Shown: positions 48,830 to 58,334 of the stretch, piece after piece
Layout: the number at the start of each line of letters is the position of its first letter
Numbering within the stretch: position 1 is the first letter of the stretch
IMG/VR virus record: IMGVR_UViG_3300006143_000275
Strand: one strand, 5' to 3'
Length of the DNA: 64,000 nucleotides
Source: a virus
Lineage: Duplodnaviria; Heunggongvirae; Uroviricota; Caudoviricetes
The notes under the pieces: model-generated
Seen by the model: the letters and a program-made list of their open reading frames with translations, nothing else
The model's database searches: none
What the model was told of the DNA's origin: nothing
Program-made: the position numbers and the translations under genes

Positions 48830-48832
48830 GCT

Positions 48833-49411
48833 ATGGACAAAAACTATATTGCGCAGCTGTACAATGATAAGGTTCTAACCAGTGTCGGTGTGCTGAACGC
48901 TATTCAAAAGGGCTGGATCACTACGGAGGACGCTGTTGAAATTTTGGGCAGTGACACAGCGCTTGATACGATTCGGACAGCGAAGCTGCTGGAAATCTCC
49001 AAAGCGTGCAATGCTGTCATTGTGGCGGGGATTGATGTGCAGATTGGTGAGCGAACCGATCACTTCAATCTGGCTCTGGAGGATCAGAGCAACATCAACA
49101 ACCTATTCCGAGTGGTTGAGCTGGGAGGCACCGAGTTCCCCTATCAGGCGGATGACGGCACCTGTACGGTCTATTCTGCACAGGAGATCGCGCAAATCTA
49201 CATTGCGGCCCAAGGCCACATCACATCCCAGACCGCATATCACAATGCACTCAAGGCGTATGTAAATTCACTGGAAACCAGTGAAGAAATCACCACAATT
49301 CAGTACGGAATGACTCTCCCCGATCCTTATGCCACTGAACTGGCGGACAAGCTGGCAGTCGCTCAGACGCAAATGCAGGCCATTGTTGCACGGCTGGGTG
49401 AGACTACATGA
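48833..49411 (+). CDS. DUF4376-like tail fibre assembly protein
   Basis: YQADDG...YSAQEI...YHNALKAY pattern. Confidence 0.6.
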   Translation: MDKNYIAQLYNDKVLTSVGVLNAIQKGWITTEDAVEILGSDTALDTIRTAKLLEISKACNAVIVAGIDVQIGERTDHFNLALEDQSNINNLFRVVELGGTEFPYQADDGTCTVYSAQEIAQIYIAAQGHITSQTAYHNALKAYVNSLETSEEITTIQYGMTLPDPYATELADKLAVAQTQMQAIVARLGETT

Positions 49412-49587
49412 GCGGAGTTGAACTGATTTCAGAACTGACGGATATTTGCATCCGTCAGGCTGAGATCATCAAAGCACAAGCCTATGTGTTGGAGCAGTTT
49501 GGCGCTGAGGTTATGGAAGAGGAGAGATTGAAAGAACTGAACCGTCTTCGCAGTATTGCCGGAACGTGGGAGGAGGATGCACTATGA
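49408..49587 (+). CDS. 59-aa hypothetical protein (below the ORF track cutoff)
   Basis: ATGA overlaps at both ends; MSGVELISELTDICIRQ... Confidence 0.6.
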   Translation: MSGVELISELTDICIRQAEIIKAQAYVLEQFGAEVMEEERLKELNRLRSIAGTWEEDAL

Positions 49588-50030
49588 AAAGAGAACAGGT
49601 AGGAAAATGGGTGCTGTCCCTGCTTCTGTGGATGTGGACTGGCGGGCTGTATTTCTTTATGGAAGTCGCGTGGAAGACATTCCAGGGCAGGCCAGAGACG
49701 ATTTCTTGGACGATGTTTGCGCTTGCTATTTTCCTGGCTATTCCGCTGGAGCGGTTTGGAGCAGAATTGCCTTGGAGTATGCCTCTGTGGATGCAGGCTG
49801 TAATTTGTGCTACAGCGATTACTGCTGCGGAGTTCGTAGCTGGTCTTATCCTCAATATCTGGCTGGGGCTGGGGATTTGGGATTATTCTCACTTGTTTGG
49901 AAATATTCTGGGTCAAATTTGTTTGCCGTTCTATTTTATCTGGATTGCGGCCTCAGCTGTGGGGATTGTCATGCTGGACTGGATGCGATATGCGGTAGAG
50001 GGCGGAGAAAGACCGCGATACACATTCTAA
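49584..50030 (+). CDS. Membrane protein, CmpB-like putative ABC-transporter permease family
   Basis: About 4 TM segments; EFVAGLILN...WDYS...GQICL motif. Confidence 0.75.
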   Translation: MKREQVGKWVLSLLLWMWTGGLYFFMEVAWKTFQGRPETISWTMFALAIFLAIPLERFGAELPWSMPLWMQAVICATAITAAEFVAGLILNIWLGLGIWDYSHLFGNILGQICLPFYFIWIAASAVGIVMLDWMRYAVEGGERPRYTF

Positions 50031-50068
50031 TTACAGAATGAAACTACTATTTGCTAACCATTTCTTTT

Positions 50069-50102
50069 GAGAGCTGCACCTTTTTCGGGTGCAGCTCTTT
50101 TC
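50069..50102 (+). terminator. Intrinsic terminator
   Basis: GAGAGCTGCACC-loop-GGTGCAGCTCTT plus T run. Confidence 0.75.
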
Positions 50103-50120
50103 ATATAGGAGGTGAGGGAT

Positions 50121-51146
50121 ATGGGACGAAAGACAAAGCAAAACAAAATCACTTCGCCTGAGTTGATTGCCCAGATCAATCCAAAGAACATTCGGCTGAT
50201 GAATGACTTCCTGGACTATCTGAGGTCGGTTGGCAAGGCGGAGTCTACTGTAAAAGCGTATACCAGTGACCTATACATCTTCTTTGTGTGGGTGCTCCAA
50301 AATGCTGACAACAAATATTTCCCTGAGATTTCTAAACGAGATATTGTTGCCTATCAAAACTGGCTGCTGCGGAACAACGAAAACTCACCTGCGCGTGTGC
50401 GCCGGCTGAAAGCAACGCTGTCTTCTCTCAGCAACTATATTGAAGCCATTTTGGATGACGAGCTACCCAACTTCCGTTCAATCGTTCGGAAGATTGAGAA
50501 CCCGATCAATGAGCCTACCAGGGAGAAGACGGTGCTGACCGATGAGCAGGCCGACACACTCCAGGACTACCTTACAGAACACGGGCAGTATGAGAAAGCC
50601 TGCTGCTTTGCGTTGGCGCGATATTCGGGACGGCGCAAATCTGAGCTGGTGCGGTTCAAGGTATCGTACTTTGATGACGAAAACATTATCTACGGTTCAC
50701 TTTACAAAACGCCTGAGAAAATCAGGACAAAAGGGCGTGGTGTCAACGGTAAAATGCTGACTTGTTACGTGCTCTCAAAGCCATTTAAGCCGTATCTGGA
50801 TCGGTGGCTGGAAAAGCGGCAGGAGTTGGGAATTGAAAGTGAGTGGTTGTTCCCCAATAAGGAAGATTTTACACAACCGCTTCCGATTTCCACACTGAAC
50901 AGTTGGGCGGAGACATTCTCCGCTATCCTGGAAATCCCTGTGTATTGGCACAGTCTACGGCATTTCTTTACAACCTCGCTTGCCAAAGCCAATCTGCCGG
51001 ACTCTGTAATCAAGACCATTATCGGCTGGGACAGTCTTGAAATGGTTGCGACATACAAGGACATCGACGATGAGGAAGAAATCGGAAAGTATTTTGCTGA
51101 TGGTGAGATCATTGCCCAGAAGCAGACGGGGCTTTCTGATCTGTAA
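50121..51146 (+). CDS. XerC/D-like tyrosine recombinase
   Basis: SGRRKSE (Arg), HSLRH, GW and C-terminal Tyr; N-terminal SAM-like domain. Confidence 0.88.
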   Translation: MGRKTKQNKITSPELIAQINPKNIRLMNDFLDYLRSVGKAESTVKAYTSDLYIFFVWVLQNADNKYFPEISKRDIVAYQNWLLRNNENSPARVRRLKATLSSLSNYIEAILDDELPNFRSIVRKIENPINEPTREKTVLTDEQADTLQDYLTEHGQYEKACCFALARYSGRRKSELVRFKVSYFDDENIIYGSLYKTPEKIRTKGRGVNGKMLTCYVLSKPFKPYLDRWLEKRQELGIESEWLFPNKEDFTQPLPISTLNSWAETFSAILEIPVYWHSLRHFFTTSLAKANLPDSVIKTIIGWDSLEMVATYKDIDDEEEIGKYFADGEIIAQKQTGLSDL

Positions 51147-51157
51147 GGGAGGAATAT

Positions 51158-52783
51158 ATGAATGAGCAAGTAATTCACGACTACTTTCGTGCGAAAGGGT
51201 TGAACGAGTACGGGATCGCCGGTTTGATGGGCAATTTGTTTGCTGAGAGCGGCCTTAACCCCAAGAATTTGCAGAACAGTTATGAAAATGCTCTCGGTAT
51301 GAACGACAACGCCTATGTTGCCGCTGTGGATAATGGCACCTACACAAACTTCGTGCAGGACAAGGCGGGTTTTGGACTCGCACAATGGACTTATTGGAGT
51401 CGGAAGCAAGCCCTTCTGAACTTTGCAAAGGCTTCTGGCAAATCTATCGGCGATCTGAATATGCAGTTGGACTTTCTTTGGAAAGAGCTGTCTGAAAGTT
51501 ACCCCAGTGTTTTGGCGGTGCTGAAGACGGCTCTTTCCGTGTTTGAGGCGTCCAACGCTGTATTGCTGAATTATGAGAGGCCGGCAAATCAAAGTGTGGG
51601 CGTTCAGAAAAAGCGGGCTGAGTATGGACAGAGGTACTATGACCAGTTCGCTATGACCATTCAGAAAGGAGGGAGCGCTATGAAATATTCAGAGCGCAAC
51701 AAGCCCCTGGTATGTATGCAGACCCATAGCACCTGCTATCAGGGCACTCGGAAAATGGATGTCAAAGGCGTTTTGTGGCACAGCACTGGCGCGAACAATC
51801 CTACATTGCGGCGCTATGTGCAGCCTGGTGCCGATGATCCGAACTATGCCAATCTGATGGCACTGCTTGGCAAGAACAACAACGGGAACGACTGGAACCA
51901 CACTTCTGTGCAGGCAGGCTTGAACTGCTGGATTGGCAAGCTGGCAGATGGCAGTGTTACTACCGTCCAGACTATGCCGTGGAACTATCGGCCTTGGGGC
52001 TGTGGTTCGGGAAGCAAAGGCTCTTGCAACAACGGCTGGATTCAGTTTGAGATCTGTGAAGATGGTCTGGCAGACGCCGACTACTTCAACAAGGTCTACA
52101 AGGAGGCGTGCGAGATTACCGCCTACCTTTGTAAGCTCTACAACATTGATCCGCATGGGACGGTTCTGGTCAACGGCGTGAAAGTGCCCACCATTTTGTG
52201 CCATGCTGACAGTTGCAGGCTGGAGCTTGGCTCTAACCACGGCGATGTGCTTCACTGGTTCCCGAAGTTTGGGAAGTCAATGGAGACAGCGAGGAATGAT
52301 GTGGCGGCACTGCTGGGTTCTGCACCGGCGTCAAAGCCAACAAGTGTGAGTTACCAGGCAAAGGTTATTGCTCAAGACGGATTGAACTGCCGAGATAATC
52401 CTAACGGTTCAATTATCATGACATATCCGGCGGGCACTCTGCTCAGTATTTCTCAGGAGAACAACGGCTGGGGCTTTACTGGTACAGGCTGGGTGTCTTT
52501 GGATTGGGTAGAAAAAATCAAAACGGATAATGGAATGGAGGATGAGGATATGGATATGACACGTTTCAAAGAGCTTTTCAGTGAAATGCGTAAGGATCTG
52601 CAAGACAACGATAGTGGCGCATACAGCAAGGAAGCGCGTGAGTGGGCATTGGCTACTGGCCTAATCGCTGGCAATGGCACCCAGATTAACGGAGAACCCA
52701 ACTGTATGTGGCAGGACTTCCTGACTCGTGAACAGCTGGTGACGGTTCTCTACCGTTTTGCCCAGATGATGGGTAAGGCGTAA
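51158..52783 (+). CDS. Modular lysin: phage tail lysozyme + amidase_2 + SH3 + SLH-like domains
   Basis: GLMGNLFAESG/GLAQWT; WHSTG, EICE, CHAD, NHGD; GWGFTGTGWVSL; LTREQLVTVLYR. Confidence 0.88.
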   Translation: MNEQVIHDYFRAKGLNEYGIAGLMGNLFAESGLNPKNLQNSYENALGMNDNAYVAAVDNGTYTNFVQDKAGFGLAQWTYWSRKQALLNFAKASGKSIGDLNMQLDFLWKELSESYPSVLAVLKTALSVFEASNAVLLNYERPANQSVGVQKKRAEYGQRYYDQFAMTIQKGGSAMKYSERNKPLVCMQTHSTCYQGTRKMDVKGVLWHSTGANNPTLRRYVQPGADDPNYANLMALLGKNNNGNDWNHTSVQAGLNCWIGKLADGSVTTVQTMPWNYRPWGCGSGSKGSCNNGWIQFEICEDGLADADYFNKVYKEACEITAYLCKLYNIDPHGTVLVNGVKVPTILCHADSCRLELGSNHGDVLHWFPKFGKSMETARNDVAALLGSAPASKPTSVSYQAKVIAQDGLNCRDNPNGSIIMTYPAGTLLSISQENNGWGFTGTGWVSLDWVEKIKTDNGMEDEDMDMTRFKELFSEMRKDLQDNDSGAYSKEAREWALATGLIAGNGTQINGEPNCMWQDFLTREQLVTVLYRFAQMMGKA

Positions 52784-52794
52784 GGGGTGGCAGT

Positions 52795-53151
52795 ATGGTT
52801 GTTTTCGGACAAAACGGAAAGCGTGTTGCAAGCCATTATCAGCCCGTGAAAACAGCCAAGAAAAAGGATTATTCCAAGCGGTTGATTTCTGATATTCGAC
52901 TGTTGCTCTGGGTGGTAACACTCGGAGGAATTTTCCTTGCATTCTATTGTATCCGTAAAGGGTATGTCGGCTCTCTGCCGTGGCTATCGGCTATGGTGGG
53001 GTTGCCGTGGACTGCACATGGGACGGTGTGCGCTTTCTACTTGAATATGGCGAAGTCAGATCACAGCGAGGGTGGAATTACCTTTGAGTCTGCAAAAGCA
53101 AACAATTTTGAAACATACGATGTCGGCAGTGATGATAGTCCAGCGATTTGA
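52795..53151 (+). CDS. Two-TM membrane protein, holin-like
   Basis: Two hydrophobic segments; follows lysin. Confidence 0.55.
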   Translation: MVVFGQNGKRVASHYQPVKTAKKKDYSKRLISDIRLLLWVVTLGGIFLAFYCIRKGYVGSLPWLSAMVGLPWTAHGTVCAFYLNMAKSDHSEGGITFESAKANNFETYDVGSDDSPAI

Positions 53152-53165
53152 TAAGGAGAAGAAAA

Positions 53166-53459
53166 ATGGTTCAACTTTTTATTTCCCAACCTATGCGGGG
53201 TAGATCTGATGAAGAGATTGCCGTAGAGCGGGAGTATGCGAAACTCGCCGCTGAAAGGATTTTGAAAGATGATGTTGAGGTAATTGACAGCTTCTTTCAA
53301 GATGGCGATAAAAAGCCCTTGGAGTATTTGGGTGAAAGCCTAAAGCTCTTAGCGGTTGCTGATTGGGTATGGTTTTGTGATGGATGGGAGCAGGCCAGAG
53401 GATGTAAGATTGAAAACCTATGTGCCCGTGAATATGGCATTCCCATCATTCATGCGTAA
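53166..53459 (+). CDS. DUF4406-like (nucleoside deoxyribosyltransferase-fold) protein
   Basis: LFISQPM...WEQARGCKIE motif. Confidence 0.7.
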   Translation: MVQLFISQPMRGRSDEEIAVEREYAKLAAERILKDDVEVIDSFFQDGDKKPLEYLGESLKLLAVADWVWFCDGWEQARGCKIENLCAREYGIPIIHA

Positions 53460-53477
53460 AAAGGAGGATGAATTATC

Positions 53478-53810
53478 ATGGATACTGAGTGGGTAAGACT
53501 GATCGTTTCTGTTCTTTCCGGGCTTGCCGCAACCATTCCGCTGGTTGTTCAGCTGGTGAAATATGTGCAGCGTGCAATTAAGGAGAAGAACTGGCCGCAG
53601 GTTGTGAACCTGGTTATGGGCTACATGGAGCGTGCGGAGGCAATGTTCGAGAAAGGTGCCGACCGAAAGGAGTGGGTGCTTGCTATGGTTAAGGCTTCTG
53701 CCGATACCATCAAGTACGAAATCGACATGGACGAAATCTCTGCGCTGATTGATAGCCTGTGCGATATGAGCAAGGTGGTCAACAACAGTGCGGAGGTGAA
53801 AACAAAATGA
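53478..53810 (+). CDS. Holin (LL-H-like)
   Basis: N-terminal TM; GADRKEWV...ISALID pattern. Confidence 0.7.
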   Translation: MDTEWVRLIVSVLSGLAATIPLVVQLVKYVQRAIKEKNWPQVVNLVMGYMERAEAMFEKGADRKEWVLAMVKASADTIKYEIDMDEISALIDSLCDMSKVVNNSAEVKTK

Positions 53811-54250
53811 CTCTAAAAGACATTTTCCTAAGTGGTAGCGGCGCTCTGGTTGTCATTCTGATGCTGATTCAGATTACGCCAATTAAGGTTGATCCGTTTG
53901 GCGCTCTTGCTCGGTGGATTGGTCGTGCGCTGAATGGTGATGTGCTGAAGAAGCTGGACAAGATGGAGAGTGCTCAGGCAGAAACACGAGAGCGGCTGGA
54001 TGAGCATATCCGCATTGACAATGAACGCAATGCGGATACCCATAGAGTGCAGATTCTTCGGTTTAATCGGGAGTTGTTGCAGGAGGCTCCGCATACCCAG
54101 GAGGATTTTATCGAAGCTCTGTCAGAGATTGACTTTTATGAGCACTATTGTAAGAGCCACCCTGAGTATGAAAATAACCGAGCGGTGCTGGCGATTGAGA
54201 ATATCAAGCGTGCCTATATGGAGTGGCTGGAGAAGCACGAGGGAACGTAA
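53807..54250 (+). CDS. Lysis-module membrane-anchored protein
   Basis: N-terminal TM; IKVDPFGALARWIGR motif; ATGA overlap. Confidence 0.65.
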   Translation: MTLKDIFLSGSGALVVILMLIQITPIKVDPFGALARWIGRALNGDVLKKLDKMESAQAETRERLDEHIRIDNERNADTHRVQILRFNRELLQEAPHTQEDFIEALSEIDFYEHYCKSHPEYENNRAVLAIENIKRAYMEWLEKHEGT

Positions 54251-54518
54251 GCAGAGGGTAGCCCGGATTTGAGCTTCAGGCTACCCAAGAAACATGAGAT
54301 GTAAAGAATAGTATAGTAATACTACAGATTTGGAGCTGATCGAATATCGGTTCTTTTGCCGGGGAGTTGGCTTTTTATGCCAGCTTCCTATTTTTTTGCA
54401 TTTGTGGTATTTTGAGAAATTCTGGGAATAAGCCGGGGCGTAGGTATCAATCACGATACTCACGCCCTTTTTTTTGTCCCGCAAGAAATTTGAAACCCAC
54501 ATCGAGCTTTTCTTCAAA

Positions 54519-54796
54519 TGGTGTAAACTTGGTGTAAATCTGAAATGGTACTCCCGGCATACCAGAACATTTTACACAAGATATGGTATGTTTTGACGAT
54601 TGGCGCACTGTATTTTGCGCTTTTCTGGTGTTGCTGAGAAAATCCTTGTTATATCCGGAGGATAAAAATTTTATGGTGCATATCTTCTCATAAGTTCTTA
54701 GAACGGCTCTGTTCAAGCAATTCTTCCGAATTATCTCACGCAATTTCTCATAACTTCTTAGAAAAACTGCGTGAGATGGTGTAGGTTTTGGTGTAC
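54519..54796. other. attP-like region with paired integrase arm-type repeats
   Basis: TGGTGTAAA x2 (54519, 54530) and TGGTGTA x2 (54777, 54789) flank an AT-rich core, immediately 3' of the integrase. Confidence 0.55.
54685..54763. repeat. 19-bp direct repeat TTCTCATAA(G/C)TTCTTAGAA
   Basis: Copies at 54685-54703 and 54745-54763; the second sits inside the IR ATCTCACGCA/TGCGTGAGAT. Confidence 0.8.
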
Positions 54797-54799
54797 GAC

Positions 54800-56071
54800 T
54801 CAGCCAATCTTAATCTTCCCCTCCAGGTTCCCAAAGCTGGCCTTTTTCTTCTCCATCGTGGCTTCATTATAGATATCCATGGTGGTAGAAATATTGGCGT
54901 GCCCCATGATTTCCTGGATGATTTTCAAGTTGGTTTCGTTCTCACAGAAGCGGGTGCAGAAGGTGTGCCTCAAATTATGGACGGAGAAGTGCGGGAGCAA
55001 GATCGGCTCCCGCCGCTGCTTTTTAGCGGCAGCAGTTTCCTCAGCATTGCAGTCACGGATGATGTGCTTGATGATCTGGTTGATAGATGTACTCGTGTAG
55101 AGATTACCTTTCTTCGTTTGGAAGATAAAGCCAGTGTAGCCGTCTACTTCATTTCGAGTAAAGCCCTCTGCCATCTGGCGAAGCCGCTCATTTAGCAGAG
55201 CAGATTTGACTTCACGGAGCATGGGAATTACCCTTGTACCAGCTTCGGTCTTGGGTGTAGACACGAGGAACCTCATCCTCTCTTCATTCTCAGGCCTACA
55301 AAAAGCCATGTTGTGGTTGATCGAGATAAGGTTTTCTTCAAAGTCACAGTCGTCCCAGCGCAGGCCAATAACCTCACCCACACGACAGCCAGTACCCAGG
55401 AATACAGTAAACAGGTTGAGGAAACCAGCATACTTCGGAGAGCTACGAATGAAATCAACGAACATCTGTTGCTGAACTTCGGTCAGAGCGTGACGCTTAT
55501 CCTGTCCCCAGCCGTTCTGCTTTTTCAACTCGGCATATACCTGATAGGCGGGATTTGCTCGGATGTAACCGTCACGTACAGCCAATGTGAAGATAGGATG
55601 GAGGACGGTATTGACAGCATGAACGGTATTGGGCTTAAATCCTTTCTCATAGAACAGGGAGAGATAGAACTGCTTGACATCACTGTACTTGATAGAGCTG
55701 ATACTTCGACTTCCCAGCTCGTCCTTGATGTAGTTATTGTACACTTGGATATAGCCAGAGCGGGTAGTAGGCTTCAGCTCTTTCTTCATTGCCATGTACT
55801 TCCGAAAGAAGTCGTCCAGAGTTTTCTTACTGGCTACAAAACTTTCAATACCGTCATCGGTATCACGAGTCAACTGCTTTTCCAGATCGCGTAAAGGCGC
55901 ACCAGCCTTTTTGCCTACTGGCAACTTATCAGTATCTACCAGCCGCCAGCTGTAAATAGTCCGTCTCACCCCTCCTGCATCGTTATATCGGTACATATAC
56001 ATCCCATCGGATCGCTGGGATTCACCGACTTTGAGAAGCCGGCCTTTTGAGTCTCTTCTTTTCGAGGCCAT
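54800..56071 (-). CDS. int: Tyrosine integrase, Tn916/lambda-like
   Basis: N-terminal arm-binding domain RRDSKGRLLKVGESQRSDG; TGCRVGE, HNLRHT, MGH...TMDIY. Confidence 0.93.
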   Translation of the reverse strand: MASKRRDSKGRLLKVGESQRSDGMYMYRYNDAGGVRRTIYSWRLVDTDKLPVGKKAGAPLRDLEKQLTRDTDDGIESFVASKKTLDDFFRKYMAMKKELKPTTRSGYIQVYNNYIKDELGSRSISSIKYSDVKQFYLSLFYEKGFKPNTVHAVNTVLHPIFTLAVRDGYIRANPAYQVYAELKKQNGWGQDKRHALTEVQQQMFVDFIRSSPKYAGFLNLFTVFLGTGCRVGEVIGLRWDDCDFEENLISINHNMAFCRPENEERMRFLVSTPKTEAGTRVIPMLREVKSALLNERLRQMAEGFTRNEVDGYTGFIFQTKKGNLYTSTSINQIIKHIIRDCNAEETAAAKKQRREPILLPHFSVHNLRHTFCTRFCENETNLKIIQEIMGHANISTTMDIYNEATMEKKKASFGNLEGKIKIG

Positions 56072-56152
56072 TGCAAACTCCTTTCTGCCTGAAGAAGAAA
56101 CTCGATGTGGTACTTGCATTATACCACACCGAGTATCCAATCTCAAGCGCAA

Positions 56153-56359
56153 TCAAATCAGACTGATTCGGTCAATGTAGCTTTCAAATTTCTTGCGTTT
56201 TATCTGTGCTCTGGTATTATTCCAGAGGATGAAGTCAGCGTCGGGATTTTCGCTGATTAACTTCCGCAGCTTGTTTTCTCCCACTCTGAAATATGCTGCG
56301 GCCTCTTCTATGGAGAGCGTGTATCGCTCCCAGAATGGGATTTCAAGAGTCATGGGCAC
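56153..56359 (-). CDS. xis: Excisionase, Tn916 Xis family
   Basis: IPFWERYTLSIEEAAAYFRVGENKLR; directly upstream of integrase. Confidence 0.88.
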   Translation of the reverse strand: MPMTLEIPFWERYTLSIEEAAAYFRVGENKLRKLISENPDADFILWNNTRAQIKRKKFESYIDRISLI

Positions 56360-56400
56360 TCACCTCTTGTTTCGTTGATTTTGTTCGTTGTTATAGAAAA

Positions 56401-56703
56401 TTAGCAGAACCGCCTTTTGTTGCGGTAGTCGGAATACTTTTTTGCGAAGCCTAATTCAAACTGTCGGATTGCGCCCTTGAACCAGAAGCACCTATACCAC
56501 GGAAGCCCATCGGCCTCGTTATCTGAAAAGTCATAGTCAGCTGTGCCGTCTGACCACATAAAGTGCATCATTTGAAAGTGCTTGTTCTCTGTGATCCGTG
56601 GCTTGCAGAAGTAGATCTTTACCAGTGGATTATGGAACTTGGCTTTCAGCGCTTCTATGAAGCAGTTGGAGTGATACCACTCAGTTATGAATCTGTCTTT
56701 CAT
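56401..56703 (-). CDS. Hypothetical protein
   Basis: Start placed at the ATG overlapping the upstream stop codon. Confidence 0.6.
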   Translation of the reverse strand: MKDRFITEWYHSNCFIEALKAKFHNPLVKIYFCKPRITENKHFQMMHFMWSDGTADYDFSDNEADGLPWYRCFWFKGAIRQFELGFAKKYSDYRNKRRFC

Positions 56704-56951
56704 GGGCTGGATTCCTTTATTGTCACTCTGAGTTCCACGGTGCGTCCATCTTTCAGCGTCCATTCATAGCCACTCGAAGTAGCCTTGTGGCAATCAATGC
56801 CACCAAGAAGCTCTTGCACCATATAATCCCTAACAGCGCACAACGCTTCATCTGTACACTCTGTTTTGTTCTGCCACAAATTTTTGTTTCTGCTGTTCAG
56901 CGTACCTGCATAGATTGCAAATGCACCGCAGCCAACATGATATTCTGCCAT
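56700..56951 (-). CDS. Hypothetical protein (DUF7446-like small phage protein)
   Basis: AGGTGG RBS; MAEYHVGCG...IYAGTL pattern. Confidence 0.55.
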   Translation of the reverse strand: MAEYHVGCGAFAIYAGTLNSRNKNLWQNKTECTDEALCAVRDYMVQELLGGIDCHKATSSGYEWTLKDGRTVELRVTIKESSP

Positions 56952-56968
56952 AACATCACCACCTATTT

Positions 56969-57184
56969 TTATCTGCGATACCATTCAAGCTGCTTGTGAT
57001 CAACCCTGGCTACATTTTCGGCATGGCAAAATAATACTACCGCCCTATCTTCGTCATCTCGGACATAAACGCATCTTGTTTTATGCCCATCAAGCGGAGA
57101 ACGATAAAGTAGCAGTGCTCCAAAATACAGCCCTTGCAATATATTCGTCACCACCAAAATTCTATTTGCTATACACTGCTTCAT
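56969..57184 (-). CDS. Hypothetical protein
   Basis: Operon-coupled ORF. Confidence 0.55.
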   Translation of the reverse strand: MKQCIANRILVVTNILQGLYFGALLLYRSPLDGHKTRCVYVRDDEDRAVVLFCHAENVARVDHKQLEWYRR

Positions 57185-57570
57185 AATGGAACCCGTATTG
57201 GATTGGTTAGTATTGATTCTGCCTCTTCGCCTGGCGGAATTAACCTGGCAACTATAATCTTCATCCAGTCACCCATTACAGCTTTGAAATCCCGCTTGGC
57301 CTCATTCATTGTTTTACCCAGCCTGTAGTAAGTACATGGTGGAATTGTTTTGGCATAAGTAGCGCAGATTTCAAAGAGGTAAAAACCATGAGCTGGGATA
57401 CAACGAGCAATACTCATAATTCCTCTGTCATCTGTCTTATAAATTACCTCACAATTTCCACAAAACACTTTTGCAGATTGACCTACTGGTAGCACAGTGG
57501 TTTCTGTTGTGTTGTCAAGATAGTTTCTAAAATTCTTATAAGATTCAAAACTGAGCATACCTGCCATCAA
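57181..57570 (-). CDS. Hypothetical protein
   Basis: ATGA coupling. Confidence 0.55.
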   Translation of the reverse strand: MMAGMLSFESYKNFRNYLDNTTETTVLPVGQSAKVFCGNCEVIYKTDDRGIMSIARCIPAHGFYLFEICATYAKTIPPCTYYRLGKTMNEAKRDFKAVMGDWMKIIVARLIPPGEEAESILTNPIRVPL

Positions 57571-57592
57571 CTCCGTAAAAACTTTATTTTAT

Positions 57593-57621
57593 ATGACATT
57601 TTTATTTTTTCATGATATAAT
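57593..57621 (+). promoter_or_regulatory. SigA promoter of the moron gene
   Basis: ATGACA-17-TATAAT with extended -10 TG. Confidence 0.7.
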
Positions 57622-57671
57622 GTGTTTTGTAAATTTCCAATACCAATTCACGATAGCCGGGTGAGATAACA

Positions 57672-58334
57672 ATGCTTGAAGAATACAAAGACTTTTTTAT
57701 GGCTATGCTTGCTATCTTAGGAATTTTTATACCGCCACTTGTGTCTATTATCACTGAGAAGATTAAGAATCCACAAATTTCTTATAGAGTGCCAATTATT
57801 CTTTTAATAAGTGTTTGTTCACTATTGTGTTTTGTTGCTTTTTACATATTTTTTACAGATATCATTGAAATGCTTTTTGAAAAAATATCAAAATTCATAC
57901 TTACAGCTAATAATCTTTTTGGATTGCCGCCAAATCTTACAAATTTTTTCATGCAGCTTTTTATTGCATCTTCTATTTTTATGTTTGGGGCTCAGATTTT
58001 TTCAGAAAGGCTTCACAATCGAAGATTTCTTTTCACTTTTGTAACCGGATTTATATGCAATCTTGCATTCATTATTGTATGGACCTTATGGTATACCTGC
58101 ATCCAAAATCCTGGAACGCCATTTTTTGTTGGCACGTTTCCAAATACAATATCGTGCATCCTAAATTGTGCAGCAGCACTTTCGTATTTGCCAGCCTGGT
58201 TCTCTTTTGTTGTTAGCGGATTTGTCTTTCTATTAGGGGAACAGCTCCCAATCAAAAAAATCATTATTTCAAACTGTATTTCTAATTTTCTATTCTCTTT
58301 CTTTTTCTTTGCATTGACTAACTCATCAAACTAA
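57672..58334 (+). CDS. Low-GC multi-pass membrane protein (moron)
   Basis: About 6 TM segments; very AT-rich; opposite strand to neighbours; own promoter. Confidence 0.75.
   Translation: MLEEYKDFFMAMLAILGIFIPPLVSIITEKIKNPQISYRVPIILLISVCSLLCFVAFYIFFTDIIEMLFEKISKFILTANNLFGLPPNLTNFFMQLFIASSIFMFGAQIFSERLHNRRFLFTFVTGFICNLAFIIVWTLWYTCIQNPGTPFFVGTFPNTISCILNCAAALSYLPAWFSFVVSGFVFLLGEQLPIKKIIISNCISNFLFSFFFFALTNSSN

Noticed and set aside
50765-51592. 275-aa - strand ORF across recombinase and lysin
   Set aside because: Antisense to two well-supported genes
54788-55894. + strand ORFs opposite the integrase
   Set aside because: Antisense shadows; the integrase motifs account for the sequence
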